A stretch of DNA of 64,000 nucleotides, from NCBI GenBank assembly GCA_001687465.1, contig LVLI01000135.1:1-64000 (forward strand), written 5' to 3'. Under the pieces are notes generated by a model. It was not told the DNA's origin, searched no databases, and saw nothing but the letters and a program-made list of their open reading frames with translations. This stretch comes from Halocafeteria seosinensis. Lineage: Eukaryota. This document shows, piece by piece, positions 23,886 through 37,761 of this stretch. Made by a program: the position numbers and the translations under genes. Positions within the stretch are counted from its first letter, which is position 1. Every line of letters starts with the position of its first letter.

Positions 23886-25722
23886 ATGTTTCGCGGAGGT
23901 GGGGGGAAGCGCCACCGACATTCTGGCGGGAGAGGTGGAGCGCCACAGCGTACGATAGAAATTGTCCCAGATGACAATGAGGAGGGCACGTCTCGGCAGT
24001 ATACAGAACCACAGGAGTCCAACCAGTCGTTCACGAGGCGAGAGACCAAGAGCTCTAGACCCTCGAGATGGAGTGGTGTGGAGCAAAGCCAGCCCCAGGA
24101 GGTCAATAAACCCAAGAATACAAGCTTTCAGAGGAGCAATCAAGGTGCCCACTCTTCTGCGTCCAAGTCAGATGATAAAAAAGGGGCGTATAAAGTAGTC
24201 AAAGATGAATTCGGACGGGATAGAAAGGTACCCTTGGACGAACAAAGTGGGCAACAGCATGGTACGAACATAGATGAGGGGGCTCCCACCACAGATATTC
24301 ATCGAGCAAGGTCAAAAGAGCGTTCTAGATCCCCTTCCAGAGCTTCTGAACGCAGTCGACATAGTCACAGAGGATCTCGTTCGAGGTCCCCTTTCCATCT
24401 GGAAGATTGGGACGCTCACTCGCGGGACTATCCCAAGGAAGGGAGGAGATCAGATGAAGGGACGTTTGGTGCCCTTGGAGGAGGATATTCCCGAGTGCAA
24501 GAATATGGCCGGAATGAAGATTACAGTAAAGAGGAGAGGATATTACCCGAACGAGAACGCCGCAGCTCTCGGTCTCGAAGTCCAAGACGCCGTGAATCTT
24601 CAAGACGCCAAAGGTCTCATTCACGCAGCCGTGAAGCAAGAAGTAGATCTGCTTCTCGCTCAGAACGCAGTCGTTCCAGATCTCCTCGTCGGAGACGCAT
24701 GTCCCGCTCTCCATCTCATCAACAACGGGACGGCCGTTCCCACGACAGGAGAAGTAGGCGCAGAGATCAGGAATCTTCTCCACCGCGTGACCGAGGTCGT
24801 CGCCGTTCCAATTCAAACAAGTATTCTGACTATCCCGAACAAGAGCACCAGCAATACGAAGCGGAACCTAAGTTAGCTAGGGAGCCTTTCCCTTTCGAAA
24901 GAGATACGGACCGACAAGTGTATAAGTTAGATTCGGGTACAGGATTCTTTTTCGACGCTTCAAGACGATTCTATTATGATGCAAGAGCAAAATTGTACCT
25001 TGACGCTGTTACAGGGGACTACATGTGCATAGACAACAATGGGTACTTTGCGTACTGGGTTCCCCCGCTGCCCTTAGGACCACCTCCTCCTCCACCACCT
25101 CCAGTTGCGTGGCCACCTACGCAAGCATCTTCCGTGTCTGTATCTGCAGCCGCCGTACAGAATCAGCAAACAGCTGGTAGTGTCGCAGCTCAGGGGACAG
25201 GAGATTCCCAAGAAGCGAGCACTTCTACGTCGGAAGCAATGGCCCAAGGTAAGTTGGAGCCTAATTGCAGACTGGCAGTTTGTAGCGCGAGTTGTTGACT
25301 CTAATCTAATACCGCAGAAACGACCACGTCTACCTCAACTGCACCAAAGGCTACCACAGAAAGCAAGCTAGAACACATTTGCTTTGTAAGGGATATGATT
25401 GGCTGTCGAAACAACCAAACTGCTACATGCGTGACTATATGGCCACTAATGTGGATTTTCCTGATATGTTGGTCCCAACACTACTGCAGATATGCCGGAG
25501 AGGTTTTGCAACGAAGCAGCAGTTAGAGAAGCATGAACGGAAATCAAAGCTGCATAAAGTATGTCATATATGATTACGAGGTAGTGTTTCTTAACATGTG
25601 ACTGTTGTCCTCCTCCCTCTCTTTTGTTCGTTTTCCAGGAAAACCTCCAAAAACTACAGAAAACCGGAGATAGCGTCACGTCGGCCTCGACCACTGCAAC
25701 GAGTACAGCCCAAAGTAGCTAG
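23886..25722 (+). CDS. RS-rich OCRE + C2H2 zinc-finger protein (RBM5/RBM10/SUA-like splicing factor), multi-exon
   Basis: RS dipeptide region; OCRE repeats YKLDSGTGFFFDASRRFYYDARAKLYLDAVTGDY; poly-Pro; spliced zinc finger HIC.. / ICRRGFATKQQLEKHERKSKLHK / ENLQKL; stop TAG at 25720-25722. Confidence 0.8.
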
Positions 25723-26230
25723 GCATATGGATAGTGAATCCCCTAGTTCGGAATTGGGAAGACACTCAGGCAATTACTTACTGTGATACGTGATTGAGTT
25801 GTATTTGGCTTATCGAACTAGCAACAGATCCATATGTGCTTCAATCAAACAGCAGTAACTACATGCTGCTCGCATTCCCTTATTTCCCACTACTGCTCCA
25901 GTAGCACTTCCTTATGTATGTTAGTGTTGTCATTGTACTCGGTTGTCCATTTCCACAAGGTGCTGCGACCGGTTGAATTTTGGCGGTCGCAAGCTGCGAG
26001 CCTCCTATGCGTTAACGGCTCTGAGACCGGAGGTTGCGATAGCGTGTATCGTGCACTCAATGGGTAACAATGACGGACCAAAGGTGGAGTTGTTAGGACC
26101 GAAACAAATGCTTTTTATGCGATATAGCTGAAGAGAAGCATGATGCACGGTATGCCGTCCTGCAGGTTAACTTGAACCTTCGTCCTGCGCCAAAAAAACT
26201 AAGGAATTTAACTACAACGACCAGTAAACA

Positions 26231-29200
26231 ATGAGCAACTCCTTGCAGGAAGATAGTGCAGAATATAGCGATGTTGTCCCTGCATCGCCCAGTGGAGGCC
26301 GTCCCCATCGACCGGCTTCTAAAACCAAACGAGGAACTACTGGCCCCGAGGCCTCCGTGGAATCATCTCAGTCTCTGGAGGATGTCATTAACATATCTCG
26401 CCCCCGAAAGCGCTCAGCGGCTGCTTCTCATATTGACTCTTTATTTGATCAGATGAAAATGACGGACGCCCGCCGTCATATATTCCCATATGTCAAGTAA
26501 GCTGCTAGATTCCCCTTGTGGGAGTGTCTGAGATGCAGATTCTCTGAAAATTTTGCGTATTCGTTGTTTTCGTGTCGGAGGGTTATATTAGTTATACTGC
26601 AATGACTGATTTTGGCTACAGGGCTCTTAGGGAAAAGTCTGGGCAAAAAGATGTCGACGCACCGGTGGAACTACGGGACTTACAGAAATTAGCCTGCTTC
26701 TGGAAACTGAACAAATCGTCAGATTTCTGGAGCCAGCATTCCACCTCGGAATCTCTCCTAAGGGTTCTATATGATCATGCAAAACGACATGAGAAAGATC
26801 CGTTACCGAAGAAAGAAAATAAACGACCGCCCTCTAAGGGTAGTGAAGCACTTTGGTCCAGTCGAAAGGAGGTTGTACCGGAAACCAAGGAAGACCTCAC
26901 AGAACCGGAGCCCTCCATTTCTATGGGAGAATTTTCTCCGTACAAAGGGGATCTATTTAGTACCCGCGGAAGCTATGAGAGGGGTATAATATACGCCTCG
27001 AGGAGAGGACGGCGGGTGTCCAGCATGACTGAAGGTGCGCAGGAGAGTGAAGGATCCCATACTGTGCGCGATCAAGAATCAACTATGCAGAGTGAGCATG
27101 ACAGTGCAAACGTCACCCAAATGAAGAGTCAATCATCTAGCTCGAAGCATGAGTCAAAATATGGCGATGGGGATACTGGCCGCTTCAATGCATTCGAGGT
27201 TCTAAGAATGTCTTCTACCGCTACGCTTGCAAACGTGTCGTTCGATGAACAGGAGCGAAAACGCATTGCTGAGTCTGGGGCAGCTCAAACATTGTTTGAA
27301 ACTTGGAAGTCCTCACCTAACCAGATTATCAAAAGGAACTGTGCAATCACTCTGGCCAATGTCTTTAGCACTGAGGTGTTCCCTCATGACGATATGCTAT
27401 TGCCGATAATCACTCTCTCCTCCATCGACCCTTCGCTTTACGAACTTCTCAAGGAGGTACCTTCCACTGTTGTGCGCGTAAAGGAGGACTGCCAGGGAAA
27501 GGAAGTTATGGCGGCAGCAGCTCAGGCAATCTATCAACGGTTGCACAGCGGCACAACACTAGATATCATCTATTTACCGGGGATACTTGCCGCGTTAACC
27601 AGCATAATTCGTTACAAGATGTCAGATAAGTCTACTAGGCTGAAATGTGTGGAATCGATCCTGCAAAGTCTTCGGGTCTGCAAAGAAACAGGTTTTGACG
27701 ATGACCCAGATGTTGACCAGTACATTGGAGACTACGACGAACTTGAAGATAGTAGTGACGACATCAACCAGGTTGCTGCGGGGAACCCGTATTCGAAGGG
27801 CGGCAAAGGTACAGATAATTCTGAGGATGCTTATTACGCTCCTCATCGGACTGCGATAGAAAATGGGGTCGTACCGTTGATTGTTCGGATGCTCGACACC
27901 CCTTTAATGAATGAGAAGGCCTCAGAGGATTCCAAGACCCACTCGACCATGGTAAAAGAAGTATGCACTAAGATACTAGCAGAACTTATGCATGCCCCAA
28001 ATGCTCGATCCGAACTGAATAACCGTGTCGTTCCCGCATTACTTGAACTGGTGTCAGAGAAGAACGGAAATGAAAAAACTAGAGATATCGCCGCAGGAGT
28101 GCTATACGAGGTGTCTATTTCTCATTCAGCAATAGCGGATGATTTGCTAGGTATCGCGGCAGGGGTCGAGGCGTTAACTCGGGCTGCGTTGCGGCAGAGC
28201 AAACTCGCTGCCTTGGCCCTAAAGCATGTCAGCGAAACTAAGGAGCACGATGATAAACTTCAATGTTTTTCTCACAAGTACTACTTAAGTACCGATCCGA
28301 TTGGAACTGAAGAAAGCCTAACATACGAAATACCCGAATGGAATGATATGGCGCTTCGAACGTGCGGTGCGTTGCTTTATATGTCGCGCGATCCCGATCT
28401 TGTAGAAATACTCCTGCCTTGTGGAGCGGCAGACGCTCTTCGACTCTGGTTCGACCTATCAAATGAATTCTCGGATGCAACGGTTATTCGGGAACTGTCA
28501 CTATTAGGATTAGCTAATTTGTTTGAGAAGGTTCAACCGGGCAGCGATAGCGCTCAGACGCTACTGCGCTTGGGCTTCACTAGTGTCATGATTGATGTGA
28601 TAATGAACCCTGTCTCCTCAGGAGAAGGTGGGAGCTGTTCGGAGAAAGCCGAACACATTCGGGAGAGTGCACTCCAGGGCGCTCCATCAGAGTCAAGGTC
28701 ACCAACTCGTCGCTGTGCAAAAGCCCTGTGCAGTTTGAGCAATTCCGACGAAAATACCGTAACACTCCTACTTCAAGAAGGGGTAGTCGATGCGTTATCT
28801 GAAATCTTAGAAACCACACAGGATATTCAATCTCGCAAAGATTCGCTTAAAGCTTTAAAGAATTTATCGCAACGACCTGTATCAATTCCCTGGATGGTTA
28901 ATAAAGGTGAACGGGAAAAAGAATCGGACTCTGGCGAAAAGTTTGTAAATCTTGTAATGGATATCGTACCGAAAATCGAGGATATTGAAGAACTCATGGA
29001 TGTGGTTGATCTGGTATGCTCCCTGAGCCACCACGAGGAGTGTCACTCTGCTTTGTTAGCGGTCTATTCGGAGGAATTACTGCTCAGTCAACGAGGTGTA
29101 GAGGCAGCCAAAGAAGAGCCATGCTTACTGTTTTCCCCTCCTCGACTCCTACAACTTCGCATCTGTCAGTATTATTTCCCCGAAAGATACGGAGATGAAA

Positions 29201-32200
29201 CGGTGGAGGATCAATACCCACTATCTAGTTCCATACCCACTGGCACAATTGATGGTTTACTTGGGATTGACAATGGCAGAATCGTAGGTCCTCTGGAACT
29301 GTTGTCTCGAATCGCAACGCTTGATTCCCCTGTGCGGCACCAGTGCATGTCATCATTGTGCAAGCTTTCTTGGCACAGTGAGGCGCAGACACCTCTAATC
29401 CGGTATGGCTTCTTAGACTTGCTTGCATTTTATGCTCGGGCCGTAGAGTCTTCACTGCGGCGTGCCAGTGCTCAATCCGCGTACAACTTTACCTGTGCCC
29501 GCGACGAGTCGGCTGTCTCCATTGACGCCGATGAGAGAAGAGCGATAGCTCGAGGTGTGGAAGCTGTCTCAAAGAAATACTCAAGTGCTTCTCAGTGTCC
29601 TGCCGAAGAAATTATTTCGAGTGCCGCGACTGCTTTGGAAACGCATCGCAGCCAACACCAGGCTGAATGTTCAACCAGGGATATGCAGATAATTGTTTCT
29701 GGTGTTGCTGCTTCTTTAACTATTGGAGCGTTATTCCGGAGTGACGATGCCTCCACAAAGAGCTTGTGTGCGGCAGCCTTGCACAACTTGGCCTTTGAAA
29801 AAGCTGCGCGCAACTACCTTGTACAGGAAGGGACTCTGTGGGCATGTGTCCGTTTGGCTCTTGAAGCCGAGATTCATGCTCAAGAAGCATCCGCCGATGA
29901 AGAAGAAAGAACTGCGAAGGAGCTTGGCCTTGTCTCAGAGGATCTTGAAGGAGATGATTCGTATATGTCGTACTCAGTTGCAGTAGATGACTCTGGAGTG
30001 TTTCGTGATTGGGACGATGATGATAGTCAGAAACCTGTGGCAGGCCAGGGGCGGGGTGGAAAAACTTCCCGACAACAGTTAGTGGAGAGGCAAGTAAATT
30101 GGCAGCAGACTAAGAAAAGCCAGAAGCTGGCCATTATGCGCCAGAGATCAAATACAACTCAAGCGTCTCCATCCTCCTCCTCTGACGATCAAGACTTTGA
30201 CTACGAAGAGGAACAAACCACTTTACAGAACAGTACTTCCAGCAGGGGTAATAGAGATACTTCTGCATCTCTCGAGGACGGAGATAAAGATATCTCGTTG
30301 ATTTCCTCGCCGATGGTGAGGGCACAGCGTTTGGGCTCCCGTGGAAGATTTTTCTCAACAGATCGGGTATCTGTTGACGGAATGAGCAGCGGCGTGATCA
30401 CTGCGCAGCGAGATGATGAGGAAAACTACTTTACATTCGAAGAAAACGGAGGAGAGACAGGTGACAATAAGAAAAAACCCAGGGTGGTTACAGACGAAAA
30501 TGGAACCCGAGTATTGTGCTTGCCTGAACGCCATTACTCGTTGTTCGACTGCCAATTGACGGCAACTCGGCTCTTAAGAAACATGATGTTCACAACAACT
30601 GAGAGCAATGGAGAAACGGTGCCCTTTTATGAAGTTGTAGCGGAAAAGCGAACCATTGACGCGCTTGTTACATTTGCATCATCTCATCATCCGCTTGTTA
30701 GACTGGACACCTCTGTACTAGTCGCAAATTTGTCCTTGATGAAGAGCTTAAGAGAACCAGTCCTGAAGCGAGGAATATTGGCGGCTGTATGGGAGAGTCT
30801 AGAAGCGACGGATCTACCTATTTCTCTGCGGTGCGCTGTAACTATCCTTCGACTCTGTTGCAATGGGGAAGCAATCAGAACAATCTGTTGCACGGGAAAC
30901 AACTTGGTCCCACTCTTCGACAGGTTACTTCGATACTGTGACAAAATGATTAACGAATGGACTCGTGACTTTCAGTATGGCGAAGAGACTGACAAGCGTT
31001 GCTTTTTGAAGCGGCATATAGGTGCTCACGGTGGAATTGGGACCGGGGCTTGGGAGGGATTCAAAGCAGGGGAGTTTCTTCAGGTGTCTCCATGTCGATT
31101 ATGCAACGACTTCGAAGGTGATATCAAAGAATGTGGTTCTTCACTGAAGGAGAAAAAACCATCGATTCATTGCGCCGACACGAGATGTGGCGATCATGTC
31201 CGTAACCTCTTTTCCCGTATTATGCTGGCTTTAGCCGCTATACTTCGGAGGCTAAGTGAAGTGTCAGCAGCACACGAGACCCTAATCAGTCAAGGGGTTC
31301 ATGGGATGATCTTACATATGCTTCGCACAACGAAGAAAGCTCGAGGGGCCAGTATATTTCCCGAGACACTATGTTTGGCCGGTTGGGAATTTTCTGAGAG
31401 TCAAGAAGAAACAACTATGCGACGACTTACCAACCCTTACAGTAGAATCATGACGAAAATTGTGCACTGTCTTGACAGGCTAATGCTTGTTAGGGCCGCC
31501 GAGGAACCTAAAAATATGAATCAAATCAACAAGAAACTAGCGTTTGTTGTAGGTGGCGAATGTCTAGGCTTGAGGGAAGGATCTGATGAGCTGGATGACG
31601 TCGCGTTGGATGAAGAGACGCATGGAGGACTCCTACCATACGTTTTGAGAATCCTGGCAAATATCACAGCTCATGAGAACACCTCCAAGCTGGTAAAATC
31701 CAACGCAACGTTCACCATCCTGTGCGGCACACTCAGCGGGGGCACAGAAGAAGATAACGTGCCACAATCAACGTCAGATTGCATAAGAACCCTTTCCCTC
31801 CAGAGCTCCTCTTCGAAAATTATGTGTAACCTGCTTGCCGGTATCAAGGAATCCAATGAACTCGACCGTTCAATCTATGAAACAATCGCAGCGAAGCTTC
31901 ATGAATATTCGCAGTTTTGGGTGTGTCAGATTAACCAGTTCCCCGTGCAGTCAACTTTAAACCTGGCTGAGGTTTTCCAAGGCGATGTGGGTTCCACCAA
32001 GGAAGAGTTAACAATGAAAAATGCTTGTTTCGGACACACGTCTTGTGGTCCATTAATATCTGCTCTAACAAATTTGGTTTTCTTGGATGACAGAAAAACT
32101 ATGCAGTATTTTTCTTCATCGCACCCTCCTCCTGAAACCGGAACCCAGCTACCTTCCATGAGTAGGTCGACGAAGATGATGTTGCTGAATACCGTCGCGA

Positions 32201-34923
32201 CGTCGCTGCCGGTGTCGGTTGCTGAAGTAGCCGTGATGACTTGCGCACTGTTGCCGCGTCTGGAGGTGTTGTTTTTTGAGAGTAAGGACGCTCTTAAGGA
32301 TTGCCTTTTAGCGGAGGCTGGCCTTAAACGAGGTTCACTTAAAAGTAGTCACTCGTGGAGCCCGCAGAAGAAAAACAGAGAAATTTCCGACGTCCATATT
32401 TTTGACTTGGCACAAGAACTGATGAATGGTGATGTCAGTGAAGAGACTGTTGATAGGTTAAAGATGCTCATTCCTCAAGACGACGTAAAAGACATGTTTG
32501 ATTGCGTCCTAGAAGAGATCGGGAGTGACCGTTCAGGCGTAGTCGAGAACCTAAATGTAAAACTACACGAAAAATACCGAACGGAGTTAGTGGCAGCAAC
32601 CTATTACAGGAAATCCTTTCACTTCATGAGACGGCTTCAATTATTATCGGTAATAACGATTACGCAGTTTACCCGCGACGAACTACTGGCTCAGAAGCTG
32701 GTTAGCCTGGATAACAAGCAATCTGAGCAGGCTGAGAATAGTGGAGCACCTAATGCATCTGGAGTTGGCGTGAGTATCGTCAGTGCCTTGGGTGCGCTGG
32801 CGCGATGGGGTCGGCCAGCCGTGTCATGCGCTGCCAGTGAAGGAATAGCTAACTTATCCCTTTCAGCCGACAACCGGGCATACCTTTTACGGAAGCGAAT
32901 TGTCCCTACTCTCGCTTCGTTAGCAAGTCAATCTTCAACAGATGCAAATACCAAGCAATGGTGCGCATTAACTTTGCAGCACATGTCCCTCGATACTAGT
33001 CTGCAAGATTCCCTAGTCAACGATGCCCGGTTGGTTAAGAGCGTTCTCCTGATGACGCCTGAGGAAGAGGGAGGTAATGCTGAAAATAGCCAAATGGATT
33101 ACAACCAACCAGACCATTATGGCTTCGAATCCGATGATAATGCTTGGCATATGCTGTACGGTGACGAATACATTTCGGCATCGAACAGCCTCTTCTTAAG
33201 CGAAGATGAAGCCACAAGGCTTCACGAATCGTATCTGCAAGCCCTCATTATGCACGAGAAGTGCTTCACTCTCGGTGGGAGATTCGATATCATGATACCG
33301 CCGTACAGTGATGATGATGCAAAACAAGAAAGAGATGATGTGGAAGGTTATAATTCATCTGGCCTCTTTCTGCGGGTCGGGGGAGTTAGTGCGGGCGAAT
33401 CTAGTGCTCTATGGGACCCTGATCGTTTACCGAACTGGGAAAAACTACAAGGAATTAGGTCTGAGACCTCTATACAGGAGAATGGAGGGAGCGCAGCAAC
33501 TGGAGATGGTGATGAAGATTCCTTGTCCGAGCGGATGATGCATGCGGGTGATAGTGAGAGCACGGCTACTTCGGAGCTGACAGGGGCCGAGGGTCCCGTG
33601 GGCATCTCGCAAAAACATGCTAGGGGGTTAACTCAGCCGTTTCTTGTGCAAGATCGAGGTGACGGCGGTGGTTCCAATGTCGCAGAACGTCGCCGATACA
33701 GTTTAGAGGATATCGCGGTGATGCGGAAAACCAATGCCCCCATGGCACAAGCGTTGGAGGCAGCAGGAACAGTGAGCTCGGAGCATGTAGTCAGAGCTAG
33801 TGGCCGGCTCGGCCTCTCGAGTCTTGTTCTCAATGCATCGTCTCCTTACCATTCATCCAATATCCTTGAGAGTTTGTACGGAAACCGGCGGACAAAGAAC
33901 GCTGCTAGTGGTTCTGGTGACGGTCGGCAAACAGATGCAGCTCTTCATTCTGGCACCCAAAGAACCAGTGAAGATACTACTTACTTGGCTATCAACAAAC
34001 ATGACTTGGGTAGCTCCAGCAGATGGGAAACGGTTGATGTGCTAGGGGAGAAAGAAGAAGAAAAAGAGCACTCCTTCTCTAGCTATAGACATTCTTCTCG
34101 CATGAAGACGCGCCAAGTATCCCAATCGTTCCTGTTTAGGCCTACTTCCAATCGTAACCACTTTGAAGGCGTACTTCTGGACAAGAGCGAGGAGGCATCC
34201 AAACAAAGAAACGAGCTGGCTGCTCGGTCTTTCTCGCGTAAGAGTTTAGCAACTGTTGAACCAGACGCTCAGGAGGATCCCGTCCAGGAGCCTGTCTATT
34301 CTCGTCTAATCAGCAGCAGCCGTGCCTGGGCAGACGATCGTAACACCGACCGTGAGATACGCCGTCAAGCTGCCCTGATCCCGTTGCAGCGACAGCAGCA
34401 GATGCTGGAATCGATACAGGCAAATATTCGTTTCACTGGTTCGGCAAAATCGAGTCATGATCTTATTAGGAAGCAATCGTTGCCTCGGAACTTACAGCAA
34501 TACATGCAGAACCAGAAACATATGATCAAGAATGTTGACAAAAAGGGGAACAGGATGAAAGGAACTACTCATCGCCAACGGAACGTGAAATCTGCTCTGC
34601 AATTACATAAAGCGCACCGCAGTGGCACTGCTACTTCATTACAACGAAGTGCCTCTGCTTTCCAACAAGCTAGAGCAGGGACGGGCCGCAAAAGTACCGC
34701 CAAATCCTCGAGGCGCTCTTCTTCCCGCAAAGTGACATCAACCAGAAGCAAGGACCGTTGCTTACCGGCAAATCGAAGTATTTCTCCGCAGGAAAACTTA
34801 CGAGGAACTGGAAATTCCCTCTCTGAGCAGCATAGCAGTGGTGAAGCAAATGCTTCTTCCTACTATTTTGATGAATCTAGTTTTCTGACCAGCGGAAATG
34901 CCGACTCGGATCCGCAGCAGTGA
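26231..34923 (+). CDS. Giant armadillo-repeat protein (about 2850 aa); short first exon plus about 8.3 kb exon
   Basis: Exon 26231-~26497 (donor gtaagc) joined to the long ORF. ARM-like repeats: CAITLANV, RRCAKALCSLS, LCAAALHNLA, AASEGIANLS, WCALTLQHMS. Confidence 0.85.
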
Positions 34924-35236
34924 AGTTCTGTTGACCTTGCGATGGCATGAACCTAGGGATATTTGAAACGGAAGGCAGCAAAACTTCCCATCTTAACCGA
35001 TCATCCGATCATCGATGATGGTGTTTGTACCTGGCACATGATACTCAATTTTATGGTGAGTGACAATTCATGCAAGGGTGTCTAGTGGTACGTCCTTTCT
35101 TGAGTAGCGAGAACCAATTACCAATTAATTTGAAATACGCAATCGGTTTTGACGCTCAATTTCTTTACCCTAAAGTCGACACATGTGTATTAGAGTTTCA
35201 ACAAAAGATACAATCCATGAAATACATTTCACGCAT

Positions 35237-36494
35237 TCACGTATCGGCAGTTGCGGCCGTCGCGGCGGTCATAGGGTTTTCCATCAGACCTTCGTCTGAC
35301 CCTTTCCGATCCTTCGAGCCGCTTTGGCTGCCCCGTTTTCGGCGCATCACCATCACAATTATAACGACTGCTATGCTGGCAATTCCAACTCCAACACCAA
35401 TACCCACCGCAGTCGCAGAACTAACATTGGCATTTCCGGAATCGGAACTTGTCTGATCATCTTCATCGTCATCAGCCTCCGCTCCCACGTCTCCACCCGA
35501 AATTGTGGGGTCGTATGTCAACAAATTCTCGAAATGGGGTAACTCGATCGTTACACTCTCACCATTTGACCCAATACTCACGTTGGCCGTACTGAATTTC
35601 ATTAACAAACAAGAAGCGTTCAAAACTCAGTTCTATACAGTAGACGTGAATGTCAAACGATTCAACTATCAGCTAATCTTACCTGGGTTGACCATCAACA
35701 ACAGAGGCTGCTTCGAAATCAATTTCTCCTTCGGCAAATTCAAGTTGGTTTCCTTCTTGGCGACCTCCAGAACCCTGGAGCTGGAACAAGAATTGTAACT
35801 TATTCGTCAAGGAGCAGAAATTCCTGTATACCAGCAATGTAGGTGACAAAAACAGTATATCAACCCTGATTCAATGTGTATATCCCTACGAAATCACTTA
35901 CCATTTAGTGACGTTGACAGCAAATTTCAATCCATGAGCTGGTACAAAAAGGTCATTGATTGTCGTGGCATTCTGGAACATCCAAACCAAACAAATACCA
36001 ACTCTCATAGCGGTCCAACGATACATGATACTAGTACGTACAGCTGGAATGTAGTTGATCACCTGCAGAGCCACCGGATCGTCCATACCGCCACCCTGAC
36101 CCTTGCATGTCTTCATCGTCGAATCCAGAGACAGAGTAATCTTCAGTGTCTCGACGTCGTTATTCTCGCCGGTGAAAACTGTCTCATCCAACCATTCGAA
36201 ACCCTTGCTCGGAATTCCCGTCAGTTGATGCCCTACACTCTGACCATTCTCATCAACTTCAATGACTTTCATGAAACTAACTAACAGCGACTCGTTGACA
36301 TCCTTGTTAGCAAGATACCGGAATTTCGGAGCTGCCCCGACGAATTCAATCTTGCGATCGCCAGAGATAACATCTGTTCTCGGGGAGTTCTGTTGCAATC
36401 CTCTCAATAACTGACGTTCGGCTGCTACTGCTAGCATCGGAGCAATGATGACGGCAAAGAGCACTGGCACGAGCAACTTGTCGCGCCCTTTCAT
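35237..36494 (-). CDS. Type I single-pass membrane glycoprotein with beta-rich ectodomain (ComC-supersandwich / coral SAARP-like), multi-exon
   Basis: Signal peptide MKGRDKLLVPVLFAVIIAPMLAVAA; VSFMKVIEVDENGQSVG; GLKFAVNVTKW / NFCSLTNKLQFLFQLQ; IELPHFENLLTYDPTI; acidic linker; TM AVGIGVGVGIASIAVVIIVMVM; RRKR stop-transfer. Confidence 0.7.
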
Positions 36495-37080
36495 TGTTCG
36501 CTATAGCTGTTATATTTTCGTCGCACCTTTTTTACTAAAATATCTCGTTGCGCATAAGGATCAATCCAACTGCACCAATTCATTATAATACAACGATTGT
36601 ATTGTCAACTTGCTCCTACTACATGTTCCCGGTGCACTGGACATTTTCCACTGACAACCAAGCAACTCCGGAGGCGAAAGGGTCAACTCCGGATGCTCGG
36701 CGGCTCGACGCGAGCGCAGTCTGATAAAGCAGGCACAACAATGTGTTGCGAACCTTGTTGCTGGAAATACAGTTGCTGCTATCTGGCGTTCTTACTCTGT
36801 GCAGCCTCGACTACGCTCTGTGTGTGGGAGGAGGTGCTCAGTACAGCGTTTCCAGAACATCCAGCGAAACTTTCACTTCAACAACCGTCGGGGCTGCCAG
36901 GCTGGTAGTACTTACGGAGCGTACCGATTCGTACGTCACTCACTCCTGTGGTTCAACAGGATCGTACCAATTCCGTGCATGAGAGTGCGGTGAATGCTTA
37001 CGCCGTTGTCTATCGTGAAAGTGTATGATTCTAGAGGTACCAACATTTACACCGAGACGGGTGTGGGTAACTCGAGGACA

Positions 37081-37737
37081 ATGGCGTCTACATCGGCATT
37101 GAGTAAGTCTTCCCCAGAAAACAGAGCAACAGAAGTTTTGGTATGAACAACCACCTGAATCACAGACTTATTAAACGTACTAAGCTGTACATTCGACCGC
37201 GAAGAGGATGTGACAGAGGAAACAGAGCGCTTTTCCAAGGTTTTCGAGGTATGCTGATTTGGACCATGCCCCCACTAATACAAATGTGTATAGCTTACTC
37301 TGTTGCAGAAGAGTGTTTGCGGGGCATCGATAAAAGAGCTGGAACGAGGAAGCTGCTCTGAAGTCGACCAAGCATCGCATGCTGTCCTGAGCTCTCTCCG
37401 ATCGGATGAACCTCAAACTCACAGAGACGAAAATGATCCCTCAACCCCTTTGGAAGAGTGCTCTCGTTATGGTAAGAAACTGCTGTATTATTTCCCCTGT
37501 GTGTGTGCTTGGTTGAGCGATATGATGGGTGCAGTTAAGAATATTCAGGAGAGGTTGAGCACTAGCCTCAAGCGTGCCAAGGAAGTAAGGCAAAGCGAGC
37601 TCGAGCCAAACGAGAGAGCGAAGCAAGAAGAAGTGGAAGAAAGAGAGAAACAAATGTGGCGAGACTTGTGGAATAATGCGAAGCGTAAGCAGGAAGAAGA
37701 TGAAGAAGGAGGTGGTGGAGATACATCTAAGCTATGA
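37081..37737 (+). CDS. Small multi-exon hypothetical protein with acidic coiled-coil end
   Basis: ATG at 37081 followed by gtaagt; exons such as LLNVLSCTFDREEDVTEETERFSKVFE, KSVCGASIKEL..., VKNIQERLSTSLKRAKE...DTSKL*, bounded by GT/AG. Confidence 0.55.
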
Positions 37738-37761
37738 AAAGAAGCCCACGGTGGCTGAGTA

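Noticed and set aside
24274..24876. Overlapping 200-aa and 163-aa ORFs
   Set aside because: Shadow and antisense frames of the RS-repeat region.
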